IMG/VR virus record: IMGVR_UViG_3300009183_000002
Coordinates: 18,434-82,433 of that record
Origin: a virus
Strand: one strand, 5' to 3'
DNA: 64,000 nucleotides
Within the stretch, counting starts at the first letter, position 1; every line of letters begins with the position of its first letter. The position numbers and the translations under genes are program-made. Below, piece after piece: positions 26,597 through 36,826 of the stretch. A model generated the notes under the pieces. It ran no database searches. It had not been told where the DNA came from and saw only the letters and a program-made list of their open reading frames with translations.

Positions 26597-26758
26597 CTAG
26601 AAACTATTTTTTTGATCAACAGAATCTTCCGACTCTTTTGATTGATCCTTTTCGGCTCTTTGTTTGGCAAAATTATAAGCAAGTGAAGCCGCTTTTTTGT
26701 ATTGACCTAAGTCAAAACTCTCGCTTGAAGAGCGAGAATTAGCAGCTTGCTCTTGCAT
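26597..26758 (-). CDS. Hypothetical 53-aa protein (MQEQAANSRSSSESFDLGQYKKAA...)
   Basis: Hand-translated; TGATG coupling. Confidence 0.55.
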   Translation of the reverse strand: MQEQAANSRSSSESFDLGQYKKAASLAYNFAKQRAEKDQSKESEDSVDQKNSF

Positions 26759-26949
26759 CAGAAGTTGCTCATCATCGAAGCAAGGCCCTGTTGGAAGATG
26801 TCACGACGTCCTTCAACAGACTTCTGACGTTGTTGGCGACCCTTAGAAGCCTCAAGACGATTCAAAAGATCTTCAAACTCGGCAATATTAAAACGTGAAG
26901 CGGTATCGGTGCCGGTATCTGTTAATGCATTTCCTACGGAGGAAGTCAT
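26758..26949 (-). CDS. Hypothetical protein
   Basis: ORF with upstream TATAAT. Confidence 0.6.
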   Translation of the reverse strand: MTSSVGNALTDTGTDTASRFNIAEFEDLLNRLEASKGRQQRQKSVEGRRDIFQQGLASMMSNF

Positions 26950-27001
26950 GGGTTAAAAAGTTAACTAAATAAATTATAGCAATAGTTATTATTTGGTACA
27001 G

Positions 27002-27892
27002 TCAGCTCCAGAAACCAGAGACAAGATTTGCAGCTACATTGCCAAACGAAGAGATGTTGGCTATTTCTTTCTGTCCTTCGTTTTTAATTTTTTGGGTTTC
27101 TTTATCAATCTCACCTTGAAGATTGGTTAAACCAGCGCTGTATAAATACTGACGAGTGTCACGTACATTCTGAAGTTGTTCTTGGATTTCTCCAGGTGTT
27201 CCACTAAATTTATCCTGGAAGTCAGGCGTTGAAACCTTTGCACGGCTTGCAAGCTCTGTGCCTGCATAAGTAGGCAACAAGCTTTTATCAAAAGTAAAGG
27301 AACGTTTACCCGTTTTCTTACCTTTTTCATCAACACCTTGTTTACCAAACATGGTGTCGTAATAGTTGTCAAGATAGCTCGTATTGAACTTATCTTGATA
27401 CTCAGAACCCTTGACAAGAGAATCTTTAAGATCTTGGACGCTACTGTAATACCCCTGGTTAAAACGCTCTTGAGCCTTGCCGAGTTCTTCTTCTGTAGCT
27501 TGGCGTCCAAGGAGTTCTTCATAGGCCGCCTTGGTGCCCGTAGTGCGGCGTCCGGGGAGAAGCTCTTGGGTGTAGATCTTGGTTAAATCAGATACATCTT
27601 GTTCTGGTGGTGCCAGATCATATTTAGATGCATAGTCCCGCAGTTGGGAAGTCGCATCTGAATAACCAATCAATCCTTGACGAAGCTGGGACTCAAGCCC
27701 AGAACGCATTCCGCCAAACCCAGAAGCGGCAGAAGCTTTACGTGCATCTGCAGCAGCTTTAGCTTCGGCCTTTTCAGTAGCAGCACGTGTCTCAGCAGCA
27801 GTTTCCCGATCTTGTTGGTACTTTAAATACTTCTCAAAAGAATCGTCTTTTGGGATTTCAGGAGATTTGTAAGTAACTTTAGAGCCGCCCAT
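27002..27892 (-). CDS. Probable internal virion protein
   Basis: MGGS start, helical composition, GGAGG SD. Confidence 0.65.
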   Translation of the reverse strand: MGGSKVTYKSPEIPKDDSFEKYLKYQQDRETAAETRAATEKAEAKAAADARKASAASGFGGMRSGLESQLRQGLIGYSDATSQLRDYASKYDLAPPEQDVSDLTKIYTQELLPGRRTTGTKAAYEELLGRQATEEELGKAQERFNQGYYSSVQDLKDSLVKGSEYQDKFNTSYLDNYYDTMFGKQGVDEKGKKTGKRSFTFDKSLLPTYAGTELASRAKVSTPDFQDKFSGTPGEIQEQLQNVRDTRQYLYSAGLTNLQGEIDKETQKIKNEGQKEIANISSFGNVAANLVSGFWS

Positions 27893-27902
27893 GGTTTACC
27901 TC

Positions 27903-28481
27903 CTATACAAATAAAGTACCAACGTCAACTGGCGCAATGCGACCAAACGTACCCATCATTTGAGCCTGACGTTCAGCTAAAGATTGCTTTAATGCGGTAC
28001 GAGCGTCACGTTGTGAACTTTCTTTCGCTTCTGCTGAGTTAGCTAAACCAAACCCACGGCGCTGACCTTCTGTTGCTAACGCCAATCTACGTTCAGCCAG
28101 TGGGCCCGTATCAAACATCGCGGCTTCTCTTTGCCGCCCAAATTCAACGTCAGGCATCCACGTACCTTGAGCTACGCGTGCGCCAATATTACCACCTTCT
28201 CCAAACTTGGCCATATCCCGGCCTTGGAGGATATTATATTTCAGAGCATCACCCGCAGCAGCCATCTGCGCTTGAGCAATGCTTGCTTGGGTTTTGTTTG
28301 CACCAAAACCAGCAAGGGCTCCAATGCCAGCACTGGCAAAACCTAGGCCTGCTGTTAACGGATCAAACATGCCTCCTCCTTTGTTAGCACTACCGGAAAA
28401 TCCTCCAGCTGTAGAGACTGGCTCAGTAACATTCATCCAACTGTTGTTGGGAAAGCTACTAGCTTTGACTCCGAACTGCAT
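27903..28481 (-). CDS. Probable internal virion/ejection protein
   Basis: G/A-rich hydrophobic segment plus Q/A helices. Confidence 0.6.
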   Translation of the reverse strand: MQFGVKASSFPNNSWMNVTEPVSTAGGFSGSANKGGGMFDPLTAGLGFASAGIGALAGFGANKTQASIAQAQMAAAGDALKYNILQGRDMAKFGEGGNIGARVAQGTWMPDVEFGRQREAAMFDTGPLAERRLALATEGQRRGFGLANSAEAKESSQRDARTALKQSLAERQAQMMGTFGRIAPVDVGTLFV

Positions 28482-28507
28482 AATTTATAACTTATTTTAG
28501 TGTACGT

Positions 28508-28930
28508 TTACCCACGACCAAAGTAAGATGTTGGCGTGTACTGTGCAGAACGAGCAACAACTTGAGGCCCAGGAAGTGCACGTACACCTTCCATTACCGT
28601 ATTGGAAATACGATTGGCACCTTCCATGGCTAGCTGACCAGGGAGTGTGAAAGCTTGTGTAATCTGCCCAGGGATATCAAACAGTAGCTTGTAAGGAGCT
28701 GCTGCTTTCATGCGCTCCCTATCAAATTCATTTTGAACTTTTAACTTTTCACGCATTGCTTCGGGCGTATTTTGTTCTTGTGAAAAATTCAGTAACCTTT
28801 CAAAAAAACTGCCGTCATCGCCACCTACTGGAAAAGCCTGTTGCAAACCATATCGTTGTTGCTCGTCTGTAAGCCCAGCTTCTTTAAGTTGCTTGGCAGT
28901 TGCTGCGTAAGCGTTTGCGTCAAAAGGCAT
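28508..28930 (-). CDS. Hypothetical protein
   Basis: ORF. Confidence 0.6.
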   Translation of the reverse strand: MPFDANAYAATAKQLKEAGLTDEQQRYGLQQAFPVGGDDGSFFERLLNFSQEQNTPEAMREKLKVQNEFDRERMKAAAPYKLLFDIPGQITQAFTLPGQLAMEGANRISNTVMEGVRALPGPQVVARSAQYTPTSYFGRG

Positions 28931-28933
28931 GAC

Positions 28934-29821
28934 TTAACCCCGATATTGGAAAGCAGACTGAGCATAAGGATTAGGAGCTGTCATCATAGTACGCACCGTT
29001 TCACCAGCCTGTGACTGAGCACCACCAGCAAGTTGAGCAGTGTACATCTGACGATTCAATGCACCAGTTAGTTGGGCATTTTGTTGGTTAAGCTGCATCT
29101 GACGTTGTGTTTCGTTGTTGCGGAATTGCTCTTGAAGGGGAAGCATTTCCCGTGCAATTTCTACTTGACTACGTCCGGTAATACGCGACAGTTCTGCAAT
29201 ATCTTTAAGGTTTTTATCTGTAATCTCAACACCACCACCGGTAAGACCAGACTTACCTTCTTCCCTACGTGCGCCGGTAACAGCACCAGTAACAGCACCA
29301 GCAGCATTAGCAACAGCGCCGCCAAGAGCATTGGTAACACCCCCGCCAACACCGCCACCGAGCAAGCCGCCTGCAATACGAATAGCACCGCCAACAATGG
29401 GAGCAGCAAGTTTACCCTTGGAACCCATTGCGCCAAGTGCGGTTTCAGCAGATTTAGCAAGTCCTCCGCTTAGTTTGGCGCCTACGACACCACCACCAAT
29501 TTCACCCGCACCACGTAGAAGCTCACCCTGCATCAAACTCCCAACACCATAGGCAGTTGGAGCAGCAATACCCACGCCAGGAAGTTGCATACCTGCGCCT
29601 AAAAGCCCTGCTGCTTGCTTTGCACCACCCCTAAGACTGTTTAAGAATTCTCCAAATCCAGCACCCTTACCACCACCAGGGACATTGACGTCTACTGGAA
29701 TTGTTTGTACGCCAGCAGAGGTCATGCTTCCGCCTGGAGAAGGTACTAATGCACCTGCTTGATAATTAGAGTAACGACCACCTGTCATGTCGTTATAGCC
29801 CTGTAAACTATAGCCAGCCAT
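28934..29821 (-). CDS. Glycine-zipper internal virion/ejection protein
   Basis: Extensive GxxxG repeats, Q-rich C-terminus. Confidence 0.65.
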   Translation of the reverse strand: MAGYSLQGYNDMTGGRYSNYQAGALVPSPGGSMTSAGVQTIPVDVNVPGGGKGAGFGEFLNSLRGGAKQAAGLLGAGMQLPGVGIAAPTAYGVGSLMQGELLRGAGEIGGGVVGAKLSGGLAKSAETALGAMGSKGKLAAPIVGGAIRIAGGLLGGGVGGGVTNALGGAVANAAGAVTGAVTGARREEGKSGLTGGGVEITDKNLKDIAELSRITGRSQVEIAREMLPLQEQFRNNETQRQMQLNQQNAQLTGALNRQMYTAQLAGGAQSQAGETVRTMMTAPNPYAQSAFQYRG

Positions 29822-29855
29822 AATTAACTTTACTCAATACATTAATTTTACCAGC

Positions 29856-30827
29856 CTACATACTTTGTGGGTATGCCAAAGTTGAAGGATACGTTGGACG
29901 ATTGCCTGCAGCAATTGATTCATTAATTGCATTACCAACTGCAACACCACCAAGCGAACCTGCAAGGCCACCGGCAACAGCACCAACTATGCGCTGGGTA
30001 GGCGTCCCACGGCGGGTCAAGTTTGGTATCTTGGGCTCTGGCTTGGAAGCCATTCGCGCACCTTGCGCAGCACCTAATGTTCCTCCTGCAAATCCAGCAG
30101 CCATTGGAATGCTTACAGGAAAGCCCAGTAGACGGGCTTCTGGATTACCTTGTAAATTCTCAGAAGTTCCTTTAAGAACTCCCAATCCCAACAAACCTTT
30201 GTCTTGGTACAGATAATTCATATAGTTACCGTAACGCTCGGGTGTTAAATCGGGAATATCTTGTTTTGCAGTTTCATATTTAAGTGGATCTCCAGTGCGG
30301 TTAAGAAAAAAACGTTCAAATAATTCTTGCACTGGCTGAGCGGTTGTACGGCGATCTTCTGACCCAAGCTCTGAATACGATTGTGCAAATCCCTTAGGAC
30401 GAAACTGCTCTTCCGGATTTGTAATATCATATGTACCAGAGGCTGCTACAGCAGGTGCAGCAATTGCTAATCCCGTAAGCGCTCTACCGGTTGGGGATTT
30501 AATTAAATCTTTGTTAACAAGAGTTTCTACACCTGCTTGTGCAATGGCAAGTGGGTGGTTGTATCTCCACCAATAAGTGCGAGTACCATCGTTGGCAGCA
30601 TCGACTGCTAAACGAGCAGCATATGCTCCCAAGAACTGAGCGGGTGTCTCGCCAAAAGTAATGCCTTCCCTTGCAATTGATTTTTTAAAGCGAGGATCAA
30701 GAATGCTTTGCCCATAACCTAAACCTTTTACACCACTCTTCTTCATCACCTCATCAGCTTTAACCGCACCTTGCTGGAGGCTCTTGCTGATGTTGACTAG
30801 CTCGTCTTTTAAATTTTGAATATTCAT
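29856..30827 (-). CDS. Probable internal virion/ejection protein
   Basis: C-terminal glycine zippers. Confidence 0.6.
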   Translation of the reverse strand: MNIQNLKDELVNISKSLQQGAVKADEVMKKSGVKGLGYGQSILDPRFKKSIAREGITFGETPAQFLGAYAARLAVDAANDGTRTYWWRYNHPLAIAQAGVETLVNKDLIKSPTGRALTGLAIAAPAVAASGTYDITNPEEQFRPKGFAQSYSELGSEDRRTTAQPVQELFERFFLNRTGDPLKYETAKQDIPDLTPERYGNYMNYLYQDKGLLGLGVLKGTSENLQGNPEARLLGFPVSIPMAAGFAGGTLGAAQGARMASKPEPKIPNLTRRGTPTQRIVGAVAGGLAGSLGGVAVGNAINESIAAGNRPTYPSTLAYPQSM

Positions 30828-31420
30828 CAGACTGTGCGATAGGGTAACCCTTGCATTTGATACAGAGTTCCAGGGGAAGTCATCTGTTGCTGTAGATCGT
30901 TTATCTGCTGCATCTGCTGCAACTGCTGTGCTTGAGTAGCTGCTTGCTCTTCAGCATATTGCTGTTGCATAAACATCGGCTCTATGCCTAAAGTGGCCCC
31001 GACGCTACCAGCGTACATAAGACCGTGTTCGGCAGCGCTTGGTGTGTATGTTTTTTGAAGCTGCGCGACATTAATAGGATTTCCCTGCTTTGCTGATTCG
31101 TATTCTTTAGGGCTAAGTTGATAGCCATATTTACCTGCCATTTTGGGAGCGTACTGTTGCAATGCACGTGCTCCCCCATAACTCAAGCCTAGGTCTGCTG
31201 CACCAACAGCTAAACCAGCAAGCGGATTGCCTGTTGCAATAGTGCTAACAATACCACCAAGGGCAGCCCCTGGTAAAGCAGTAGATAGAAGTTCGGAACC
31301 ACCCTTTGCCGCAATGCTGTTGGCATAGCGCAAAACATCTGAATCCGGATGCATCCGAGCAGCCCTTGACAACACTTCAGGCTTAGCTAATACTCGTCCC
31401 AGCAGTCCAGCTAACTTCAT
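30827..31420 (-). CDS. Probable internal virion protein
   Basis: Glycine zipper, poly-Q tail. Confidence 0.6.
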   Translation of the reverse strand: MKLAGLLGRVLAKPEVLSRAARMHPDSDVLRYANSIAAKGGSELLSTALPGAALGGIVSTIATGNPLAGLAVGAADLGLSYGGARALQQYAPKMAGKYGYQLSPKEYESAKQGNPINVAQLQKTYTPSAAEHGLMYAGSVGATLGIEPMFMQQQYAEEQAATQAQQLQQMQQINDLQQQMTSPGTLYQMQGLPYRTV

Positions 31421-31454
31421 CTATTTAACTCTTATCTTTCTATTTTATGTGTTG

Positions 31455-32111
31455 TTACTCTTGAGTTTTACCAGGAGATGTATTTGTGTTTATTGCAGTC
31501 TCATCAGCAGTTTCCTCGCTTTGCCTATCGTCTGGGTTTCTTTGCTCAGCTTTCATTACTCCCTTGCGATCCAAAAGCTGTGCAATAGATGGTTTGTCTT
31601 CCACTTCATTCTCGACTCGTTTTTCAGCCAGCGCCATCAAGTAGCCGTTAGGGTCGGGGTTCCGAAGCCTGGGCATTGGATTCTTAGCTGTCTTACTAGG
31701 ATTTACTGTGGGACTGATCTTGTATGCTTCCATCCACTGCGGATTAAAATCTGGTTGATCTTGCGGACGTTGTGTGGTCCTTGCCCGTCCTTCATCAAAG
31801 TCATAATCTACAGGCCGATCAAAACGACCCAAGCCTTCAAACAGTTCATACTCTGACGTAACTTCTTCATTACTATCAAAGAACGGTGAGTTACCAACAA
31901 AGTTAAGATCAGGGTTCAGTGTTGTTTTGCGTGTCATTCCACGTTTCAACAAGTCCTCGCTATTAAATCTTGATGGGTTCCAGGGATAGGCGCCTGTGTC
32001 TGGCTTAGAGCGAAACGAGTCATCAAAGTCGACACGCTTACCAATCTGCCCTTGCCTGTTAAAAGGGTTTTGAATGTAACGACCTAGATCAAGCCGAGCG
32101 TCTTTTGCCAT
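31455..32111 (-). CDS. Hypothetical protein
   Basis: ORF, TAATG coupling. Confidence 0.65.
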   Translation of the reverse strand: MAKDARLDLGRYIQNPFNRQGQIGKRVDFDDSFRSKPDTGAYPWNPSRFNSEDLLKRGMTRKTTLNPDLNFVGNSPFFDSNEEVTSEYELFEGLGRFDRPVDYDFDEGRARTTQRPQDQPDFNPQWMEAYKISPTVNPSKTAKNPMPRLRNPDPNGYLMALAEKRVENEVEDKPSIAQLLDRKGVMKAEQRNPDDRQSEETADETAINTNTSPGKTQE

Positions 32112-32335
32112 TATTCTTTAATTTTTCCTTCTTTCTTTTTCTTGTGTAATCCTACCAAGGTCTTACGGAGATTGGCTTGCTTCACCGTTTTTTCGTCGTA
32201 CTTGTCTGGATCAGACAATACGTTCTCCTGCAGCTGCGCAGTGGTAATCTTACGTTTTTTAGCTTTAGCTGTAAAAGCACCTTCCTTCATCTCGGTGCCT
32301 TGAATCCATTTTTTATCTTTCTTTTTTTCAGCCAT
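32111..32335 (-). CDS. Small basic protein
   Basis: KWIQ..MKEGAFTAKAK...KQANL.KTL motif common in phages. Confidence 0.7.
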   Translation of the reverse strand: MAEKKKDKKWIQGTEMKEGAFTAKAKKRKITTAQLQENVLSDPDKYDEKTVKQANLRKTLVGLHKKKKEGKIKE

Positions 32336-32337
32336 GG

Positions 32338-35193
32338 TTACCTGAGAGTAGAAAAGGTTCCGCCTGCGACAGAGACTCCTCTTTGTTTCATCATCTTATC
32401 AAGAAAAGACTGAGCTTCCCCTGGTTTACCCGTAAGTTGAAGTTGTCTAAGCTGGCGGGCAACATCAAAAGATTCTTGTTTTTGAGGGGTTGGTGTTTGC
32501 GTAACCATATCTGAAGCACGATAAGCGGGTTTACCAAAATCTTGAGTCATCTGTCGAATCATGTTTTCGGTCCCCGAGCCGCCAGGGAAAGCTACCAGTA
32601 CGTCACCTTCTTTAGCCATTTGCGTGTTTCGTAATGTTCCAGCGGATAACCCCTGTTCATTCCAATTAGCAGGAAATACTTGAAGACCAAGGCCACGTTC
32701 TTGAGCATATCTTTCGGCTAACGTATCCGCGCCACGAGCACCTCCTGACACAATCTTTACACTCATACCTTCTGGAATATTCAGTTGAGAAATAGTCTGA
32801 TCAAGTTTCTGGCTTAACTCAGGATAGTTCTCATACTTACGACCGCCTGCAACAACAACGTTAACTGTTTGCTTGCCTTGCTTACGAGAGCCGGCTGGTA
32901 AACGCCAAGCAGAAGGCGAATTTGATGGGGAAATAGCTGCTTCGGGAGATGTGGATGACGCACCCATAGCTGCACGTTGGACTCCATACATATCTTCAGA
33001 ACTTAAGATATCAGAATAAGATTCTCCAGAGTTTTCACCACGAATAGATGTACGGCTTGCGGCCTGCATTTTGAGAGGCTCTCCAGTTTCGGGGTCAAAT
33101 GCATTAATGTTTGAAACGGATTTAGCACGACCACCAGAAAGCAAACCACCTGGCACAATTTCTAAATCATTAGGCCCAGGTTGAGCCATCCTGGCACCGC
33201 GTTCAATATTAGAAAGCTCGCCACCCTCGGCTTCAAAAGACATAGTGTCAGGTGCGGTGCGCTTAGGGCGAACAACAGTTCCCTCACCGCTCCAATCAAC
33301 TAAGGTGCTTGGCGTCCATTTAGAAAGTTCTTCAAGTTGCTCGTTGGCTGTATTAGTTGCACCTGCTAAACGGTTGTTAAGAAAATTAAGTTCTGACTCA
33401 TTGTTTTGCATTTGATTGGCAACATTTCTAAGCTGTTGCCCAAGTTCGCGATCTGGTTTTTGATTTAAACTGTACAACAACATATTTTGTTGTTCACCTA
33501 AAGCAGCCTGTTGTTTTGCTAAAGCATTGATACGAGGAGTGACTTCAAGTCGAACACCTCCAAGCCAATTTTTAACTTCGTTTTGTTTATTGATAAAATC
33601 TTGTTCAGAATTAATTGCAGTCTGTTCTGAGATAAATGGCTTACGGAAGGCAAGTTCTGGATCATCTTGCATCACATCTTTAATATTTACATCAAACTCT
33701 GTTCCACTTACCATACGGGTGTTAGGCATTTGCGACAAAGAAGCAGCTTGCAGATAACGAGGATCTTCTAAGCCAACTTCCATTGCTTGTTTTGTTTTTG
33801 TAAACTCACTGCCATACTCGTACGATTTAGGTCCAAGGCGAGATGCTAATTCTTTTTCAACTCTTCCTGTAGTTGCAGCACCACCTTCTTGTTCTAGTTG
33901 CGATGCAATGTTTCCACGTTGCTTAGCAATAAAATCCTTAACAAAACCTGTGGTGCTAACTGGTTGACTTGTCATCTCAACACTTTGTCCAGGACCAAGG
34001 CCAGTCCGTGTTTGTCGAGGTGTATTTAAAGAAAACCGTTGGCCAGTGCGTAGGTCAATACCTTCAGCTTGATCAAGCGGGCGGCCATCAGGCATCATGT
34101 CTGCCACGGCGTTAACCGAAGCATCTTGGCGATTAGCTAATGCTTCCGTAGGTTGAGTCTGTGTACGCAGAGGTGCTTCATACGTATCTTGTAAACGGTC
34201 TACGGTACCAATGTCGATATCTTCATTACGCTGCAGTGCACTCATGGTGCGCCCCGTCATTTGATCTTCGCCCGATTCCAAGGCGTTGATTGCCTGGTCG
34301 ACGTTAAAAGCACGTGTTGTCTGTTGTTGGTTTACGAGCGTTTCATTTTGAATCTCGCTTACCAGGTTCCAGAGGTTCTTGCGTTCTTGTGATTGGATGC
34401 TGGCTGCTTGCCTTGCAATCTCACTCCTGGCGCCTTTGTTGCTGAATGCGCTGACTTCATCAATCAGATCACCAGCGGCTTGTTCTGCTGCACGATTTAG
34501 AACAGTCTGTTCAATGTAGCCACGACCGCCAAGTTGATTTGCTAAAAAGTCCGTGCCACTAGGACGAGTGGGCGGAAGAGCTTTAATTTCAGAAACAACG
34601 TCGTCAACGCCTTCTTGTAATTGACCATAAGGAGAAAATTGCCCTAACAGACCTTGACCACCCGTTGCTGCTGGTGGGTTGCCCAAATCTTCTACAGAAA
34701 CTTTCTGGATTCCTAAAGTTGCACGCGCACGTTCGGGTGAAATGTTACTTAAATCTGTTTGCACAATACCAGGCATTCTTTCTGCCCTGGCAACACGGGC
34801 ATTTTCCTCCATGGTGCCCAAACGTTCCACCATCCCACCAGGAGTTGGCCGTGCAGTAGGCGGTTGGCTAGGCGCTGGGGGACGTTGACTTGGAGGAGGT
34901 GCAGTTTGTTGACGACCAGCTGCGCGACGCACAGTTTCTTCAGCTTTACGTGCAGTGCTACCCAAATCTTCTACTGAAACATTTTGAGTTGCGGTACGAG
35001 CTGCACGATTTGCTAATAAACGCTTAGCACCTAAGCCAGCAGCTACACCAGCACCAGCAACTAACGCCGCTTTACCTAACGCATCAATAAATCCACCGCC
35101 TTGGTCTCCACCTTCTTTCTGTCTGTCGGCTTCATACGCAGCTTGCGCCAAGAGAGCAGCTTGTAAATTAGGATCGCTGTAATATGAAGCCAT
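32338..35193 (-). CDS. 951-aa putative ejected protein with C-terminal SLOG (YspA/DUF2493-like) domain
   Basis: N-terminal G/A hydrophobic helix; VVVAGGR, VSGGARGADTLAERYA, FPANW, AG..RN..M, VAFPGGSGTENMI at about 32520-32865. Confidence 0.8.
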   Translation of the reverse strand: MASYYSDPNLQAALLAQAAYEADRQKEGGDQGGGFIDALGKAALVAGAGVAAGLGAKRLLANRAARTATQNVSVEDLGSTARKAEETVRRAAGRQQTAPPPSQRPPAPSQPPTARPTPGGMVERLGTMEENARVARAERMPGIVQTDLSNISPERARATLGIQKVSVEDLGNPPAATGGQGLLGQFSPYGQLQEGVDDVVSEIKALPPTRPSGTDFLANQLGGRGYIEQTVLNRAAEQAAGDLIDEVSAFSNKGARSEIARQAASIQSQERKNLWNLVSEIQNETLVNQQQTTRAFNVDQAINALESGEDQMTGRTMSALQRNEDIDIGTVDRLQDTYEAPLRTQTQPTEALANRQDASVNAVADMMPDGRPLDQAEGIDLRTGQRFSLNTPRQTRTGLGPGQSVEMTSQPVSTTGFVKDFIAKQRGNIASQLEQEGGAATTGRVEKELASRLGPKSYEYGSEFTKTKQAMEVGLEDPRYLQAASLSQMPNTRMVSGTEFDVNIKDVMQDDPELAFRKPFISEQTAINSEQDFINKQNEVKNWLGGVRLEVTPRINALAKQQAALGEQQNMLLYSLNQKPDRELGQQLRNVANQMQNNESELNFLNNRLAGATNTANEQLEELSKWTPSTLVDWSGEGTVVRPKRTAPDTMSFEAEGGELSNIERGARMAQPGPNDLEIVPGGLLSGGRAKSVSNINAFDPETGEPLKMQAASRTSIRGENSGESYSDILSSEDMYGVQRAAMGASSTSPEAAISPSNSPSAWRLPAGSRKQGKQTVNVVVAGGRKYENYPELSQKLDQTISQLNIPEGMSVKIVSGGARGADTLAERYAQERGLGLQVFPANWNEQGLSAGTLRNTQMAKEGDVLVAFPGGSGTENMIRQMTQDFGKPAYRASDMVTQTPTPQKQESFDVARQLRQLQLTGKPGEAQSFLDKMMKQRGVSVAGGTFSTLR

Positions 35194-35295
35194 AATTCTG
35201 GTCTATAACCGTTTGATTACCTCTCAACATTCTATTGTTGGCAAATCTTAGAAATAGAGGCGTTATATTTAAAGAATAACGCATCAGTACCAGGA

Positions 35296-35508
35296 ATGGA
35301 CGCAGGAACGCGCCAACAAAGGGTAGAAGCCCTAGAAACTATTAAAAACAAAGCCATGGAGATGGCTGGTAAGGGGAAAGATTCGCTGGAAGTACGTGAT
35401 TTTGTAACTTCAGCTAAAAAAGAACTGGCATATGAGCTTCCCGATGAGGATGCTTTTAAAAAAGCCATGAATGCAACGCTCGCATACAAGGCTAAGAAAG
35501 GAGAATAA
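35296..35508 (+). CDS. Hypothetical protein
   Basis: ORF followed by terminator. Confidence 0.65.
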   Translation: MDAGTRQQRVEALETIKNKAMEMAGKGKDSLEVRDFVTSAKKELAYELPDEDAFKKAMNATLAYKAKKGE

Positions 35509-35530
35509 TAAATTTTTTACAATGGTAATC

Positions 35531-35557
35531 GCCGGGGGTATTTACCCCGGCTTTTTT
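35531..35557 (+). terminator. Rho-independent terminator
   Basis: GCCGGGG-loop-CCCCGGC then TTTTTT. Confidence 0.85.
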
Positions 35558-35559
35558 GT

Positions 35560-36090
35560 GTGAATTCTTGGGCTACTTACCGCAATAACGTACAAAAACC
35601 AACTTTTACCCCTAGTTAGGTATTGTAATTTTTAAAAAATAAACCAAATCACCCCCAAAATGAGTCAATGTACTTACTAAAGGGGTCGTATACATCTCAA
35701 ATAGGGTACAGAATTAGCTGACGCTTCTCCCAACCCCTATCCGAGTGCGAATATGGGAGGAAAAAAAAGAACTGCGTGATGGTATCAGAAAGCGTTCTTG
35801 GTTCTGAACCAGAGCATGAGGAGGGAAAGTTGGGAAGTTAACCTCGCTTCGCTCGTAGGAAGAACGAAGACCGCTCACTTCGTTCGCTAAGAGAGTAAGT
35901 AGCACCCCCGAGGGTAACGATACACTAAATCAAGGCTGATACGAATTCGTATCGCGCCTGAAATTGGGGAAGGATCCTTCGCACGACAGGGTTCAGATAG
36001 AACTGTAGTTCGCTTGGCACTGGGGTTTTCCACAGGTTTTCCACAGGTAAGCCCAAGCATTCACATCTAACACTCGCACACATCTCAACA
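35560..36090. other. Non-coding late/early switch region; candidate origin or genome terminus
   Basis: No credible ORF; AT-rich tract, hairpins, 16-bp palindrome, two TTTTCCACA boxes. Confidence 0.5.
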
Positions 36091-36092
36091 CA

Positions 36093-36278
36093 ATGACACG
36101 TTCACTCATCGCTTCATACATGTTTGTATTCGGCGTCATCGCAACTGTTGGCACACAGCTCAGCGTACAGAAACTTGAGGCTGCAACTGCAACTCAATGT
36201 ATCCAGCATGACTGGCCAGTGAAAGCTCACCAGGTTCACATGGCTTGGTGTGCAGCCAACAACTATCGAACTAACTGA
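36093..36278 (+). CDS. Small early protein with N-terminal TM/signal
   Basis: ORF; C..HDWP...H...M.WC motif. Confidence 0.65.
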   Translation: MTRSLIASYMFVFGVIATVGTQLSVQKLEAATATQCIQHDWPVKAHQVHMAWCAANNYRTN

Positions 36279-36345
36279 GTACCAGGCGTGAGCCGAGGGA
36301 TCGAATCCCTCACTCAGTATTACCCCCAGCGGAGATGGGTACCGC
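36274..36345 (+). ncRNA. tRNA-like element 1 (type A) plus downstream pseudoknot
   Basis: ACTGAGT/ACTCAGT, GGC-GTGA-GCC, GAGGG-ATCGAAT-CCCTC; then TACCC/GGGTA with GCGG/CCGC. Confidence 0.65.
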
Positions 36346-36361
36346 ACACACGAGTAACACC

Positions 36362-36517
36362 GTGGCAATTCGTAAGAACCTTGCTCAACAATTCGCTAAT
36401 GCCGCCAAGGCATTGGAGAAAGATCAGAGCAAGGAGAAGCTTGGCTTAGCAATCATGGCTGCTCGCATTGGTCTTGCCAATGCAATCATGCCGAAGATTC
36501 CTCCAGTCAAGCGCTGA
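36362..36517 (+). CDS. Small early protein
   Basis: GTG start after element 1. Confidence 0.6.
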   Translation: MAIRKNLAQQFANAAKALEKDQSKEKLGLAIMAARIGLANAIMPKIPPVKR

Positions 36518-36585
36518 TTCGTACAAGCGAGTTGGGAGGTGCAAACCCTCCCACAGCTATTGCCTCCCGCAGAGATAGGCACTGC
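36513..36585 (+). ncRNA. tRNA-like element 2 (type B) plus downstream pseudoknot
   Basis: GCTG/CAGC, ATTCGT/GCGAGT, TGGGAGG-TGCAAAC-CCTCCCA; then TGCCT/AGGCA with GCAG/CTGC. Confidence 0.65.
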
Positions 36586-36601
36586 ACAACAGGAGATTCC
36601 T

Positions 36602-36826
36602 GTGGACCAAGTCTACGTTCTTATGGGTTCTGTAATCTGTGATTACGACCAAGGAGACACTTGGGTACAAGGCGTTTATGCAGATGAAGAATCTGCTTAT
36701 CGCTACAGGGCTATTCTTGAAACAGAACAGCTCCAAAGAGGGATTGACTTAATTAAGTCAGATCCCAAAGCGAGCATCACCATTGATCGTCAATGGTCTG
36801 TTCGTCCTCATAAGCTAATCCGTTAA
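36602..36826 (+). CDS. Small early protein
   Basis: AGGAG SD plus GTG; VYVL...VQGVY..EE.A motif. Confidence 0.65.
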   Translation: MDQVYVLMGSVICDYDQGDTWVQGVYADEESAYRYRAILETEQLQRGIDLIKSDPKASITIDRQWSVRPHKLIR

